Shown here in pieces: positions 44,885 to 55,669 of a DNA stretch of 64,000 nt; positions within the stretch are counted from its first letter, which is position 1; every line of letters begins with the position of its first letter. Location of the stretch: contig PPNB01000020.1 of NCBI GenBank assembly GCA_003707115.1, positions 62,001 through 126,000 of the forward strand, read 5' to 3'. The notes below the pieces were generated by a model. The model made no database searches. It saw only the letters and a program-made list of their open reading frames with translations, and was not told the origin of the DNA. The translations under genes were made by a program, and so were the position numbers. The DNA is from Tortispora ganteri (taxonomy: Eukaryota).

Positions 44885-46621
44885 ATGGAAAGCATTTCGA
44901 TGGCAGCTGTAGAAACTCCGTGGGTTTCTGAATCTGATCCTCTGGAAAAAGTGAACGCGCCTGACTCTCCTGATATTAGTTCACAGGCGTTCACTTCTTC
45001 TGACGATGCTGTCCACGCAAATATTGCCCCCACATATTCTGCTGCAGCTCAGGGATCACCATTACTTGCAACTACTCCCCCAACTGTTGCGCGCGCTTTG
45101 GCTCAAGCATACCCCTTTGTCACCTTACTGAATAACGTCGCTGCGTTGATATCATGGACTTCGCCTGATCCCTGGGCATCATGTCTGATGTTACCGCTTT
45201 GGATTTTCACTGTTATATATTCACAAACTATAATGCTTTTTTTACCTTTATTTTTAGCATTTCTTTTGGTCTTAGGCTACTTTTCTGTGGTCATATTTCC
45301 CCCTACCTCACAGAAAGGAACAGCCAATACTTCTCCTAAATCGAAAAACTCCCGTCGAGTAAACGTCCTCCCGATGAGAGGCCACAAAGGCGGCTCTGCG
45401 CCACCTACGCTTGACACTGTTGTGCATGAGCTTGCAACACTCTCCACTAGACTGCAATTGCTCTCGGAACCCTGGACTACAACATTAGCTTTCTTGCATC
45501 GCATCCTGGACTCACCAGCAGCCACTCAGCGTTCTATCATCTCGCTCTCTTTATTTTTTCCCGTGCACATATTTATTTCTATATTTTTATTTTCCCCGAA
45601 ACTGCAGATTGCATTAGTTGGTGTCCTTGCGTTGTCATTCCATTCCCTTCCGAGTCGAATTGCTCGAATTATGCTATGGAGGTCTCGCCTGGTTCGTCAT
45701 ATTGCATCTCAGATTACAGGATTGGAATTTACAATCCCTCCTCCTGATTCTCTCAAGAAAATGTCGGTAGATGATAAAAACTCGGTATCTGCTGCTAACA
45801 TGTCGGGAAGCGGATCTAGTAGTGGCCCTAATGGAAGTTCTGTGACTGAAAGCGATGTCGCAGCAACCATATACAAGAAACTCGGCCTCCGAGATGGATC
45901 AGGGTATAAGAGTGGGCTCAGTATGCCCTCTATTGAACAATTAGACTCTTCTAGGAATAGCAACGAGCCGGTGAGATTCTCTTACGTCGTTTATGAGAAC
46001 CAAAGAAAATGGTTAGGTGTGGGCTGGACTAGTTCAATGTCTTCGTACGAAAGAGGAGCATGGACAGATGAGTTCCTCAATACGGTGAAACCAATTGATC
46101 AATTTGAGTTACCTAAAGTTGACCCTTCTTATGGTTATAAGTGGCAATGGGCAGATCCTTCGTGGCATATTGACAAAAGCTTCTCAGTTGAATCTGGTCC
46201 TAACAAATCTAATAGTGAAGATAATGAAGGCTGGATTTATTATGACAACTCCTGGAAGAATCCATCCTTAGAAGAAAGCTCATTTGGACACTACACTAGA
46301 CGAAGAAGGTGGGTGAGAACGGCTGAACTGGTTCCATTGACGAATCAGGACTCTACACCAAGCACGCAAGTTACCTCATCTCCAACGAAGATGGTACCTC
46401 AAAAGGCGCAACCGGTGGTAGGTGATCAGATAAGTTCAGATGCTGAAGGAAAACTAGTTACTGAGTCTCCTGTATCTTTTTCAGCTATAGCATCTGCTAT
46501 TACTGCCGATGGGAACTCTGAGCAAAAGAGGTATTCCACAGCCTCTACTTGTACAAGCAGCAGTGACTCCAGTGTCAGTGACATTAAACAAAAATCAGCA
46601 ATTGAGGAGACAGTTGACTGA
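44885..46621 (+). CDS. PEX30: Pex23/Pex30-family peroxin (reticulon-like TMs plus dysferlin domain)
   Basis: SPLLATTPPTVARAL.QAYPF, TM hairpins, LWRSRLVR, YENQRKWLGVGW, ERGAWTDE, W.WADPSW..D, GWIYYDNSWK, YTRRRRWVRTAEL. Confidence 0.88.
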   Translation: MESISMAAVETPWVSESDPLEKVNAPDSPDISSQAFTSSDDAVHANIAPTYSAAAQGSPLLATTPPTVARALAQAYPFVTLLNNVAALISWTSPDPWASCLMLPLWIFTVIYSQTIMLFLPLFLAFLLVLGYFSVVIFPPTSQKGTANTSPKSKNSRRVNVLPMRGHKGGSAPPTLDTVVHELATLSTRLQLLSEPWTTTLAFLHRILDSPAATQRSIISLSLFFPVHIFISIFLFSPKLQIALVGVLALSFHSLPSRIARIMLWRSRLVRHIASQITGLEFTIPPPDSLKKMSVDDKNSVSAANMSGSGSSSGPNGSSVTESDVAATIYKKLGLRDGSGYKSGLSMPSIEQLDSSRNSNEPVRFSYVVYENQRKWLGVGWTSSMSSYERGAWTDEFLNTVKPIDQFELPKVDPSYGYKWQWADPSWHIDKSFSVESGPNKSNSEDNEGWIYYDNSWKNPSLEESSFGHYTRRRRWVRTAELVPLTNQDSTPSTQVTSSPTKMVPQKAQPVVGDQISSDAEGKLVTESPVSFSAIASAITADGNSEQKRYSTASTCTSSSDSSVSDIKQKSAIEETVD

Positions 46622-47121
46622 GATAGACCTTAACCTAAGGTACAAAATGCTTCTAACATAGTTGTTTCTAGCAATGGCTTTTGGCTACAATATTTTTATC
46701 ATGTGAATGTTGTCATTGGTCGTTTATTTCAGGCTTCATAGCACATACTCTATTTTTGCAACACTTATGCTAATTCCAGTCTGAACTTTAACGACATCAG
46801 TGCTACGTTTAAGCTACTAAACCGAAATATTATTAGTTTGTCAGGTGCGCATATTATAATATTGGGCTTTATCAGATACCCGAAGATATCTGAGCGAAAA
46901 ATACTGTAACAGAAACTCGGGCGCTCTTATTTTGGTCATAAGGTTCTCATGCGACAGCGTTTAGCTCTGATACTCGAAGGAGGGGTCCTCGAAGCCTCGC
47001 CGCTCTCAGAACTTTAATAACAACGCCATTTAATTCGCAGGACCTATAAAAGAATACTAAGGAATTACAACAGAGAAAGAGACAACTTGCCCAAAATTTT
47101 ATTTCATATTTTAGCTAAACA

Positions 47122-48102
47122 ATGTCGTACGCTGAAAATTTTTTAGTTAAACCAAAGTTCATTAAGAACAAGGAAATAACAATCATCGCTGCGCCCTTCA
47201 GTGGTGGACAACCACGAGGAGGTGTTGAAGATGGCCCAGATCATCTTCTAAAAGCAGGATTGGTTCATCAAGTAAAATCCTTAGACTGGAAAACTGTTGG
47301 TGGCTCTACTGAGAATGGATTAACTGTTTTGTCATTTACTAAACCACTAAGTGATACTGATGTAGGCAAAATGAAACAACCGAGATACGTGTCTAGCGCA
47401 ACGAAGACTGTATACGAAGAGACTGCCAAGGTTTCTAAATCAGGAGCCTTGAGCCTTTTAATTGGTGGTGATCATTCTCTTGCTATCGGATCCGTCTCCG
47501 GCGTTTTTGAAGCCCATCCTGACGCCTGCTTGTTATGGATTGATGCGCACGCAGATCTCAACACTCCCGAGACAACCGAATCCGGTAACCTCCATGGATG
47601 CCCTGTATCATTCTTACTGGGCCTCGCTAAATCCGCTGATATGGAAGACAGCGTTTTCAGCTGGGTTAAACCTTGTTTGACTGCTGGAAGATTAGCTTAC
47701 ATTGGTCTTCGCGATCTGGATGCGGGTGAACGTGCATTCATTCGTGAGTATAATATTGCAGCCTATACTATGCATCACGTTGATAAATTCGGCATTGGAA
47801 GAGTTGTTGAAATGGCCTTAGACCGTATAAATCCCGATAAGGCAAGACCCATTCATCTTTCTTTTGATGTGGATGCTTTAGATCCAATCTACACACCTGC
47901 CACTGGTACTCCTGTCCGCGGCGGTCTTACTCTTCGCGAAGGATGCTATATTTGCGAAGCTGTCGCGGAAACTGGCGCACTAGTTGGGATGGATTTGGTT
48001 GAAACTAATCCTGCCCTCGGATCAACAGATCAAGCTATTCACGAGACGGTTTCGGCTGGTCTTAGTTTAGTTAGATGTGCTTTGGGTGAGACATTGCTGT
48101 AG
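47122..48102 (+). CDS. CAR1: Arginase
   Basis: GGDHS, WIDAHAD, SGNLHGCP, HLSFDVDALDP, TGTPVRGGL. Confidence 0.97.
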   Translation: MSYAENFLVKPKFIKNKEITIIAAPFSGGQPRGGVEDGPDHLLKAGLVHQVKSLDWKTVGGSTENGLTVLSFTKPLSDTDVGKMKQPRYVSSATKTVYEETAKVSKSGALSLLIGGDHSLAIGSVSGVFEAHPDACLLWIDAHADLNTPETTESGNLHGCPVSFLLGLAKSADMEDSVFSWVKPCLTAGRLAYIGLRDLDAGERAFIREYNIAAYTMHHVDKFGIGRVVEMALDRINPDKARPIHLSFDVDALDPIYTPATGTPVRGGLTLREGCYICEAVAETGALVGMDLVETNPALGSTDQAIHETVSAGLSLVRCALGETLL

Positions 48103-48146
48103 CCCGGCCTTTACAATCAAGAAATGGTAAATCCCGATCTGCAATT

Positions 48147-49064
48147 TCATATTAAATTAATGAGTTTCCACTGTCTTTTAGAGTCCCAGTTTTTAATTTC
48201 CAAGGTTTCAAGTATAGTGCGTATGTCACCGAGTTCACGCAAAGATTTAGATGCCCTCAATGCTGCGCGCAGCTCTTCGATCCTTTGAGTGCAACAAACA
48301 CCTAACGATTCTAAACGTTCAATAATAGCATAGAGTTCCTGATCATATGAACAATTTAGCATATACTTTTCGAGGAACGAGCTGTAGGCATTTCTGAAGG
48401 CAGCACTAGGAGGTCCGATCCATCCTCTTGCTAAAGAAACGACAAGCGATTGATTCGAGGTCGATGATAGAGCTAACCAGTTCCATAGTTCACTGTAGTC
48501 CTCCTTGACGGCGGGTCCTAACAAAGTTTCAACATCATGAGAAATCGACGAATCTGATGTATGAGCAAGTAGAGAAGATACTAACACGGCTGGTGATAGG
48601 TTACAGAATTCCGTTAGTGTCATATCAGGGGTCACATTGTTCTTGATATATGTGTATGGTTTTAGCACAGAATGGTACCATTTTTTAGTTTCTTCGGGAA
48701 CACCTTTGAAAGTGACTACTTCAGAAGCTTGAATTAACATATTGGCTTTACAGTATATACGGGCCCTCTGAATGCACCAGTTAGCAACTGAGCCTGAATT
48801 TGGGGCACATAAATCAATTTTTATTGCAAGAGCTTCATCTATTTCGCAATTCGACTGGTCTACTTCATTGGTGACATCTTTATCGTACGGTGGAAGCTGA
48901 TCGAGAATGATGTCCATATACAGACTTGGAGGAATAGACAAGGGTAATGTGACTAATAATATATCTCTAATGGTTTGAACATCTATTTGGAAGTCCGAAC
49001 GGTTCAATAATATTTTTAAAGAATTAATATGACCTTTCGATGCTAAGAAAGCGACAGCAGACAT
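48147..49064 (-). CDS. SEC39: Sec39-like (Dsl1 tether subunit), N-terminal portion only, 305 aa
   Basis: Recalled similarity to fungal Sec39 N-terminus: ILLVTLPLSIPPSLY, WCIQRAR, WYHSVLKP, MTLTEF.NLS...V..LL, DVETLLGP. Confidence 0.6.
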   Translation of the reverse strand: MSAVAFLASKGHINSLKILLNRSDFQIDVQTIRDILLVTLPLSIPPSLYMDIILDQLPPYDKDVTNEVDQSNCEIDEALAIKIDLCAPNSGSVANWCIQRARIYCKANMLIQASEVVTFKGVPEETKKWYHSVLKPYTYIKNNVTPDMTLTEFCNLSPAVLVSSLLAHTSDSSISHDVETLLGPAVKEDYSELWNWLALSSTSNQSLVVSLARGWIGPPSAAFRNAYSSFLEKYMLNCSYDQELYAIIERLESLGVCCTQRIEELRAALRASKSLRELGDIRTILETLEIKNWDSKRQWKLINLI

Positions 49065-49179
49065 GTGATTCAGAATGTGTGATGTGGAGGTTTAGTGAAA
49101 ATGTGTAATGTTATGCGATAGGTCGTTCCAATTAAGGAATCCTCAAAATGACATCCAACAACATCATCATCACAGGCTA

Positions 49180-49812
49180 CTAAGAAAGAATCTGTACTAT
49201 GGCAATATAACCCAAAACTAATGCAACAACTACTGCTGTTCTATTCCTTGTGAACCAGGATTGCTCTTGGTCTGAAGACAGAGATGTGGGAATAGCAGGG
49301 CTCGCATTAGCTGATTCGTTTAACCGAGCTTCTATAGCTCTTGTCTCCTCTGGGAATTCGGTACGAAACTTGGCATCTCTCACATTGTATTCATGACTCT
49401 TCTTTGCAAACTCTCGCTTCTGTGCATCAGTAGTCGTAATCGATCCCAGTGTTTGTTCCCCAGACGTCATGAATGACAGCAAGCCCGTCAGAATTGTAGC
49501 AACTGACCAGGCAGGGTTCCAAGTTTTCGGGTGGTAGTCAGAAATCGAAAGACACAGCCTCACGCCGGGCTGAAACTTCCCTGACGGGGTTAACATTCGA
49601 ATTGCCGGGGGTTTGTAGGGATAATCTGGCGGAAACGTTAGTGTTCCGTGGTAAAGTCCGTTGGCGTAAGGGGTATCAGGGGGACCTTGTATCAAGTAAT
49701 GCCATACCAGAATGTTGGATTCAGAGGGATGCGCAGAGATATAAGGAGGTGGAGAGGCTTGGATATTCATGTACTCTCTTGTAAGTCTCTTGTTTGCTTG
49801 AGTGGTAGCCAT
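49180..49812 (-). CDS. UBC6: Tail-anchored ubiquitin-conjugating enzyme Ubc6
   Basis: ANKRLTREY, GPPDTPY..G.YHG, YPYKPPAIRM.TPSG, RLCLSISDYHPKTWNPAWSV; C-terminal TM. Confidence 0.96.
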   Translation of the reverse strand: MATTQANKRLTREYMNIQASPPPYISAHPSESNILVWHYLIQGPPDTPYANGLYHGTLTFPPDYPYKPPAIRMLTPSGKFQPGVRLCLSISDYHPKTWNPAWSVATILTGLLSFMTSGEQTLGSITTTDAQKREFAKKSHEYNVRDAKFRTEFPEETRAIEARLNESANASPAIPTSLSSDQEQSWFTRNRTAVVVALVLGYIAIVQILS

Positions 49813-50233
49813 TTAGTCCAAGCCTGATTTGAGCTGCTCGACAACTCTAGGTCGTGAGTTTGGTGTAGTGAAACGCTAAGACTGTGAATGGCTGGGACAG
49901 TCCGAAGGTGTCCCATAAAAAAACGGCTGGGAACTTTTCCTTCAATTATCACATGCTCGTCACTTATTATGTCAAATACATAAAATAAGTTCAGCTGATA
50001 TATTTGTCACATCAGTAATTATCCTGTTTTCAAAACCAACTGCGTCGACTTTCCAAGATGACCAAGACCTGCCAAGATCCGCGATGTGGGCGGCTGAAGT
50101 AAAAGGTTAAATTCCCCCAGCCTACCGCCGAGCATCCCTGTAAACTTGTAACTCTACACGGACGCGCTCGCACATATTGAAGCCATCGCTGAAACACTCT
50201 TTTCGTACATATTCAAAACCAGAGTTCTCCATT

Positions 50234-50917
50234 ATGCATCTCATTAAATCTCTTCTGCTATTATTTAGCTTGCTTTTTGGAGCCCTTTATATTGTAACTG
50301 TAGTGCAGGGACCCTCCGCCTATGTCTTCGACCACAAGGAAGTCTCGGCTATAGTACGTGACACTCTTCAAGCTCAAGGTGCTCTCAAAACTCAGCGCAA
50401 GTACCAAACTAAGAATGCGACTGATATAGTGATGAGTGTATCGAAAGCTCTGCATGACCGATACCCGGAGTACATCAGAGAACTCAACTTCGATGAGTGG
50501 GTATTCAATAACGCCGGCGGTGCTATGGGTGCGATGTTTGTATTCCATGCATCGATTTCTGAATATCTCATTGTTTTCGGCTCAGCTGTCGGCACTGAGG
50601 GTCATAGCGGTCGTCATACTGCTAACGACTATTTCACTATTATATACGGCGAGCAGTGGGCGTACTCAGCCGGAGAGGTAGAACCCAGAATCTACGCTCC
50701 GGGCGACGTGAATTTCCTTCCTCGAGGTAAAGTAATTCATTACGCAATGCCCTCAACAGCTTGGGCTATTGAATTAGCTCAAGGTTATATTCCTGGTATG
50801 CTTCCGTTCGGACTCCTTGATGTCATTACCTCCACAATGGACATCATTAGTTTCGCCAAAACAGTCTATATCTCAGCTCGAGATATGAGTTATTATGCTC
50901 TCCATGGCAAGTTTTAG
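50234..50917 (+). CDS. ERG2: C-8 sterol isomerase
   Basis: N-terminal TM; WVFNNAGGAMGAM..HASISEYL..FG.A.GTEGHSGRH.A.DYFTI; ELAQG.IP.MLPFG. First ATG is at 50234. Confidence 0.96.
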   Translation: MHLIKSLLLLFSLLFGALYIVTVVQGPSAYVFDHKEVSAIVRDTLQAQGALKTQRKYQTKNATDIVMSVSKALHDRYPEYIRELNFDEWVFNNAGGAMGAMFVFHASISEYLIVFGSAVGTEGHSGRHTANDYFTIIYGEQWAYSAGEVEPRIYAPGDVNFLPRGKVIHYAMPSTAWAIELAQGYIPGMLPFGLLDVITSTMDIISFAKTVYISARDMSYYALHGKF

Positions 50918-50924
50918 GCAAGTT

Positions 50925-51863
50925 TTATGATCCTCTGTGCTTACTTTTATATGCGGCAGGAGTCTCAAACCTAGACTTGCTCCAGATTCCCTTTTTCTGT
51001 TTCTTGGCTTTAGCTTCCATTCGTTTGTATAATTCTTTCCGTTGGGCGTATTCTATGTCTTTGCCTTCGTAGATCAATGCCCATCCTGATCGCAGCATTT
51101 GAGCACTTAAATCATAAAATGAGCTCGGTTTACCGATTAATCGCATCGGCCCGCACACTTTCACTCTACCGACTGCTCTGCCATACTGATCGATAGAATA
51201 TACTTGAATATAGCAGCGCCTCCCCAATGCAAGTCTTCGCAACTCTTGAATCGCTTGTTGCGCTCCCCATTGTCCAGGTTGTCCAAAATGTGATGCTTCA
51301 GGGGCATCTATACCACACAGCCTCACATGAATACTTCTATTCGTTATTGATCCTGCTTCTCGTTCTTGATTTCTTATAGTATAATATATCGCCGCCTTCC
51401 ACCTCGCCAGTATGCCACCCTTGGGTTGTGCTTTGCGTTTATATATAGGGTGTATCCGTAATATAGTTTTAATTAATATACCTATTCTTTGAACCATAGC
51501 CATGCCATCAGTAGTGGCACCAAGACTTAGCTTCTGCAGTAACTGTATCCAGACACCCCTTGGTTCGCCTTTAACTCTAGGCGTGGATCTGAGCCAGCCC
51601 CAGCCAGCCCAGTAGCCGCCAGGTGTGTGAAACACTCTTACATTGTCACCATCATTAACAGCAACTATTTTACCAAATAGCTTGGGTGTGGTCAGGTTAT
51701 TGTTCATCCTAACGATGCGATCTGACGTCAAATCTGTTGCCGTTACAAACCGTGCAAGTCGGCCTCGGTAAACTTTGAACCCGACAAATGTAATAGCACC
51801 ACCAGCAATAGCGGCTAATACTAAGTCGGTATCTGACCTATTACTTTCATTTGGTAAGGTCAT
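50925..51863 (-). CDS. LCL3: Staphylococcal nuclease-like endonuclease Lcl3
   Basis: N-terminal TM, V.DGDN.RVFHTPGG.W.GWGWLR, VRLCGIDAPE..HFG, DQYGRAV, ML..GWA..YEG, EAKAK..KKGIWS...FETP..YK. Confidence 0.92.
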   Translation of the reverse strand: MTLPNESNRSDTDLVLAAIAGGAITFVGFKVYRGRLARFVTATDLTSDRIVRMNNNLTTPKLFGKIVAVNDGDNVRVFHTPGGYWAGWGWLRSTPRVKGEPRGVWIQLLQKLSLGATTDGMAMVQRIGILIKTILRIHPIYKRKAQPKGGILARWKAAIYYTIRNQEREAGSITNRSIHVRLCGIDAPEASHFGQPGQWGAQQAIQELRRLALGRRCYIQVYSIDQYGRAVGRVKVCGPMRLIGKPSSFYDLSAQMLRSGWALIYEGKDIEYAQRKELYKRMEAKAKKQKKGIWSKSRFETPAAYKSKHRGS

Positions 51864-52026
51864 TGTCTGAAATACAGCTATTGAAAGGTCTGCTGGAATC
51901 GCGTAATTAGTTAAAATCGGCTACGTTCATGTTGATATACTTCCCAATTCGGATCCTCTCCGGCTCAGCCGCACAATGAATAAGTATAACTGCGCGAACC
52001 TACAATAATGAAGCGCTAAACAGATT

Positions 52027-53635
52027 TTAGAAAAATTCTAAGCCTAAACCAAACTGCAACCCCTTCCTTGCGCTTTCTCCATGTCTTACAGCAAGTGGTA
52101 GACAAAAATTTAATTCCATGCGAGCTGCAGGATGGCGATAAACAAGACCGAATCCTGTAGCAACAGAAGGCTTGTCCATGAGCTCACGTTTCGTTCGCAC
52201 AGGGTCGGCCCGATCAAGGCCAGACAAAGAACCAGCATTCAGAAAGCATTGAAATCGCAAAGGTGATTCAGCAGCAGTTCCAGGTACCTTAGTAAGCATA
52301 CTCGCACCTCCGGCAACAAATGCTTCACCCCCGACGGCATCCGATCCATCATGCGGACCCAAATGAGAGAAATAGAAACCACGCACATCGTTTGGTCCGC
52401 CAAGGAAAAACCTGTCAATAATTCGACTAGGTTCAGATGATCTGTTATACAGGAGACCACCACGTAAAGCTCCAGTGAAAACAACAGCGTCATTAAAAAA
52501 ACCTTGAGCAATTTGAGTCTCGCAAGTCGCTTTAGCAAAAGGTACATTACCAGGGCGTCCCGCGATCTCCTGTGCACTCTTGAGAAGAATTCCCGAAGAG
52601 GGTAGAAGCTTGTCATTGCGAGTATCTAATGTGATAGAGTTAAAGATTGAGGCCTTTGTCGATTCTCCAGCATTAAGACGCACTGCATCAGATGCAGTAG
52701 GCAGCACATTAGTAATTGCTCTCCATACTGCTTCGACACCAAATTCCTGAGTAACAAGAGGTTTAGGCAGGCACGCTGTTCCAGGATGATAAGGTGGAGA
52801 ATGTGACAGGAGAATTCCGTTGATTTTAGCAGATAAGCCTTTCACGACCTGTTCGTGACTGGCCCATTCACATTTCCGAGTAGAAGAAAAAGCCGATATA
52901 TTGGCAGACCATTTGGTGGAATTGAGAATAGGAGAAGCAAAGGTTACTATATAATTAGACTTATTTCTGGTGCCATAGGACATATCCAATTTCAATGATT
53001 CTGCTCCACCAAAGGCATTTTTGTAGACACCAGACACATAAGCAGAGCCTTCTTGATTTCCAATATCAGTGCCAGTTCTCAATAGAAGTCTCTTGGACTC
53101 CTGCAAAACTAAGGTGGCATCTAAGTTAAGCGTGTCGTCAGGCTTGGTGCTGTTTACATTAGGGATAGTGGACTTGTCAAGCTTGAAATATAGATTATTA
53201 AAAATTCCAAAAGACGCAAGCTTCTGCGATGCCAAATCGATATCAGATAAAATTGAGCCAAGAGTAGGGGCAGCTTGGTATGACGGAATAGCAAGATCTG
53301 AGCCCTGGGCAGTATAGCTAGTAGCAAGGAGAGGGTCTAACTGTGACTGAAGAAACCCTGTCCGAACATTTTTACCGCCTTGAATTTTGATAGAATTGAT
53401 TTGCGCAGGTCGTGTGCCATTCCTAGATAAGACATCTTCAAGCAAATATCTAACGCGAGTTTGATGCTCTTGAACAGCTAAAGACTCTCGTGCTAATGCT
53501 TCCTCTTGCACATCATGTGATTCTTTCAAACGGTCAAAAACCTGGCTAGTTAGTATTAGTTTGCATGTAATTTTTACTATAAAAAACTACTGTGTCTTAT
53601 AAACAATAGTTCTAACGTACCGAATCGTGGTCCAT
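52027..53635 (-). CDS. SAM50: Mitochondrial outer-membrane beta-barrel Sam50; exon 1 53635-53621, intron 53620-53542, exon 2 53541-52027
   Basis: POTRA plus Omp85 barrel (N.FGGAESL, DRFFLGGPNDVRGF, ELNFCLPL, GLQFGLGLEFF). Exon 1 ATGGACCACGATTCG|GTACGT...TACTAACTAGCCAG|GTTTTTGAC joins in frame to give MDHDSVFDRLKE. Confidence 0.93.
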
Positions 53636-53775
53636 TTGCATTATAACGAACGTTGGTGAAGAGAATGGGCCGGGTTCTTGTAGGCTAGACCCATTTTAGA
53701 GTTTTCTCGACCCATTTAGCCCATGAATATGTCGGGAAAAACTTCAACAGTACATTCAACTTAAAAGACGCTGCA

Positions 53776-54168
53776 ATGGCACATAGATTAATAGCACGAG
53801 TTGTAATCACAGGTTCGCAAGTGTTTGGAAAGGCAGTAGTAGAAGCTTTTAAACAGGCTAGCAAAGTGGGCGCAGGTGCTTCTCAGCCTAAATCTACCTC
53901 TTCTACTGGCCTAACAATAGATGAAGCATTGAAGATTTTGAATATTGAAAAACCAAGTTTAAATAAAGATAGTATCGAACAGAAATATTCGCACTTATAT
54001 GAAGTGAATTCAAAAGAAAAAGGTGGATCACCTTACGTTCAAAATAAAGTAAGCCTTGCCAGAGAGCGGCTACTAGAGGAGTTAAAGCAAGCTGGCAGCA
54101 CCAATTCAGCAGGCAAATCAAATTCAATGTCCACATCATCATCACCTCCACCACCACCGTCATCATAA
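53776..54168 (+). CDS. PAM16: Presequence translocase motor subunit Pam16/Tim16
   Basis: MAHRLIARVVITGSQVFGKAVVEAFKQA; J-like domain GLTIDEALKILN...LYEVN.KEKGGS.Y.Q.KV..ARERL. Confidence 0.95.
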   Translation: MAHRLIARVVITGSQVFGKAVVEAFKQASKVGAGASQPKSTSSTGLTIDEALKILNIEKPSLNKDSIEQKYSHLYEVNSKEKGGSPYVQNKVSLARERLLEELKQAGSTNSAGKSNSMSTSSSPPPPPSS

Positions 54169-54245
54169 CCATCATTATCGCCGTAGGATGTCTAAATACC
54201 TAGGACGAATTCCATCATAAATGTTCGTTCGGTTGTTCCACTGAA

Positions 54246-55355
54246 TCACCGCTCCAGACCATCTACTATGTTCATAAAAAACTTATGCAGAGAGTCTCGG
54301 TTGAATTCAATTGTCGCGGTTAGATAATCCGGTAATTTTTCTATAACGGTGGCATCTCTGACAGGATCCAATTGTGGTTTATACAAAACAAACTGATTCT
54401 TGTACGAATCGGTGCTGTTATGAGGTATGGTCAACGAGTAATGAATAGTATCACCTCTGGAACTTGTTTGTAAGCAATCAAAAGTGGCTTTATTAGAATC
54501 TGAATCAATAACTGCACTCCGCATTATAAGATTTGTTAAATCACTGAAAGTCTCAATAATACTTTGCTGCTCTGACTTTGTTGCTGTCGATTTTAAACTA
54601 GCTACGAGCTTCTGATTTTCCAAGATATCCAGTTGAAGGTCCATTATTTGCTGTTTAAACTCCTCAATACTTTGATCTTTATCGGCTATTTGTGTTTCTA
54701 ATAGTTGAATACTTTGCAATCGTGCTTGACTTTCGGCCTTACTTGACTCGAGTTCTGCCTGACAATTTAATAGCAGTTCTTTTGTGCTAGCATACGCTTC
54801 AGTATTAGTTTCTAACAGATTTTTAACCACAATGGTTTCATCTTTGGCATCATTTAACGAGTTCGTAGTTGTCTGAAGTTCTTGTTTCGCGTTATTCAAC
54901 TCATTTGTGGTAAGCTTCAGTTCTTGTTTAACCCGTACTAATACCTCTTTGGTTTCTTGCAATTCTTCAGTTCTTAAATTCAACTGATTCCTTAACTGAT
55001 CACTTTCTTGGCTATCACCGGACTTGTGTGGACTTTTCAGTTCGCTTAACTGATCTTCGAGATACTTTATATACGACCTGGCTTCAGCATCTGCCGTTTC
55101 AATGTATCTAAGGAGCTCTGAAATCTCAATCGGTTCAATAGATTTCACTTCTTCTAGCAGTTTAATAGATTGTTGGAGAAGTTCCGTAGACGATGTTCCG
55201 CAATTTGGATCTGGCATATCGATACTGGATTCTGGTGTAGGTGGACCAAGTTCCTTAGCTATACTTATCCCATCCTCTGGGCTCTCCTTATTCGAATCAC
55301 TGATACAACCCTTCCTCCTTTGCCTTCTTTTAGTGGTATTTATATCTTCTGGCAT
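54246..55355 (-). CDS. CSM1: Monopolin subunit Csm1/Pcs1 with extended coiled coil
   Basis: C-terminal FSDLTNLIM...FDCLQT...TIHYSL...Y.PQLD..RD......LPDYL...IEF....L.KFF..I, preceded by long heptad repeats. Confidence 0.85.
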   Translation of the reverse strand: MPEDINTTKRRQRRKGCISDSNKESPEDGISIAKELGPPTPESSIDMPDPNCGTSSTELLQQSIKLLEEVKSIEPIEISELLRYIETADAEARSYIKYLEDQLSELKSPHKSGDSQESDQLRNQLNLRTEELQETKEVLVRVKQELKLTTNELNNAKQELQTTTNSLNDAKDETIVVKNLLETNTEAYASTKELLLNCQAELESSKAESQARLQSIQLLETQIADKDQSIEEFKQQIMDLQLDILENQKLVASLKSTATKSEQQSIIETFSDLTNLIMRSAVIDSDSNKATFDCLQTSSRGDTIHYSLTIPHNSTDSYKNQFVLYKPQLDPVRDATVIEKLPDYLTATIEFNRDSLHKFFMNIVDGLER

Positions 55356-55669
55356 AATAATAAAATGTGAATAATAACAGTGAAAAAGATTAAGTCAAAT
55401 CAAATCAAAAGAGATAGGAAGTAGATGACCGTGCAACTAACAACCACGTTAGGTAAGGAAGTGTGTATGGGCACTACTATTGGTGGTTATTTGTTTACAT
55501 TTATGATTTGTTGTCATGACAACCGACGAGCTAATAAATACATTCATGTAGACTTTGCTATTATCGATCATAACTGAGCTCCAGTTTATATGACATAAAC
55601 AAGCAAATCTCTCTCTTGGCTACTTGTTTATTATTTTAGGAAGTATTGAATATTTGTTTGCGTAAAGAA

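Noticed and set aside
51350..51580. Basic, hydrophobic insertion in LCL3 as an intron or intein
   Set aside because: The frame is open with no splice or intein signatures, and this loop is variable in length among yeast Lcl3 proteins.
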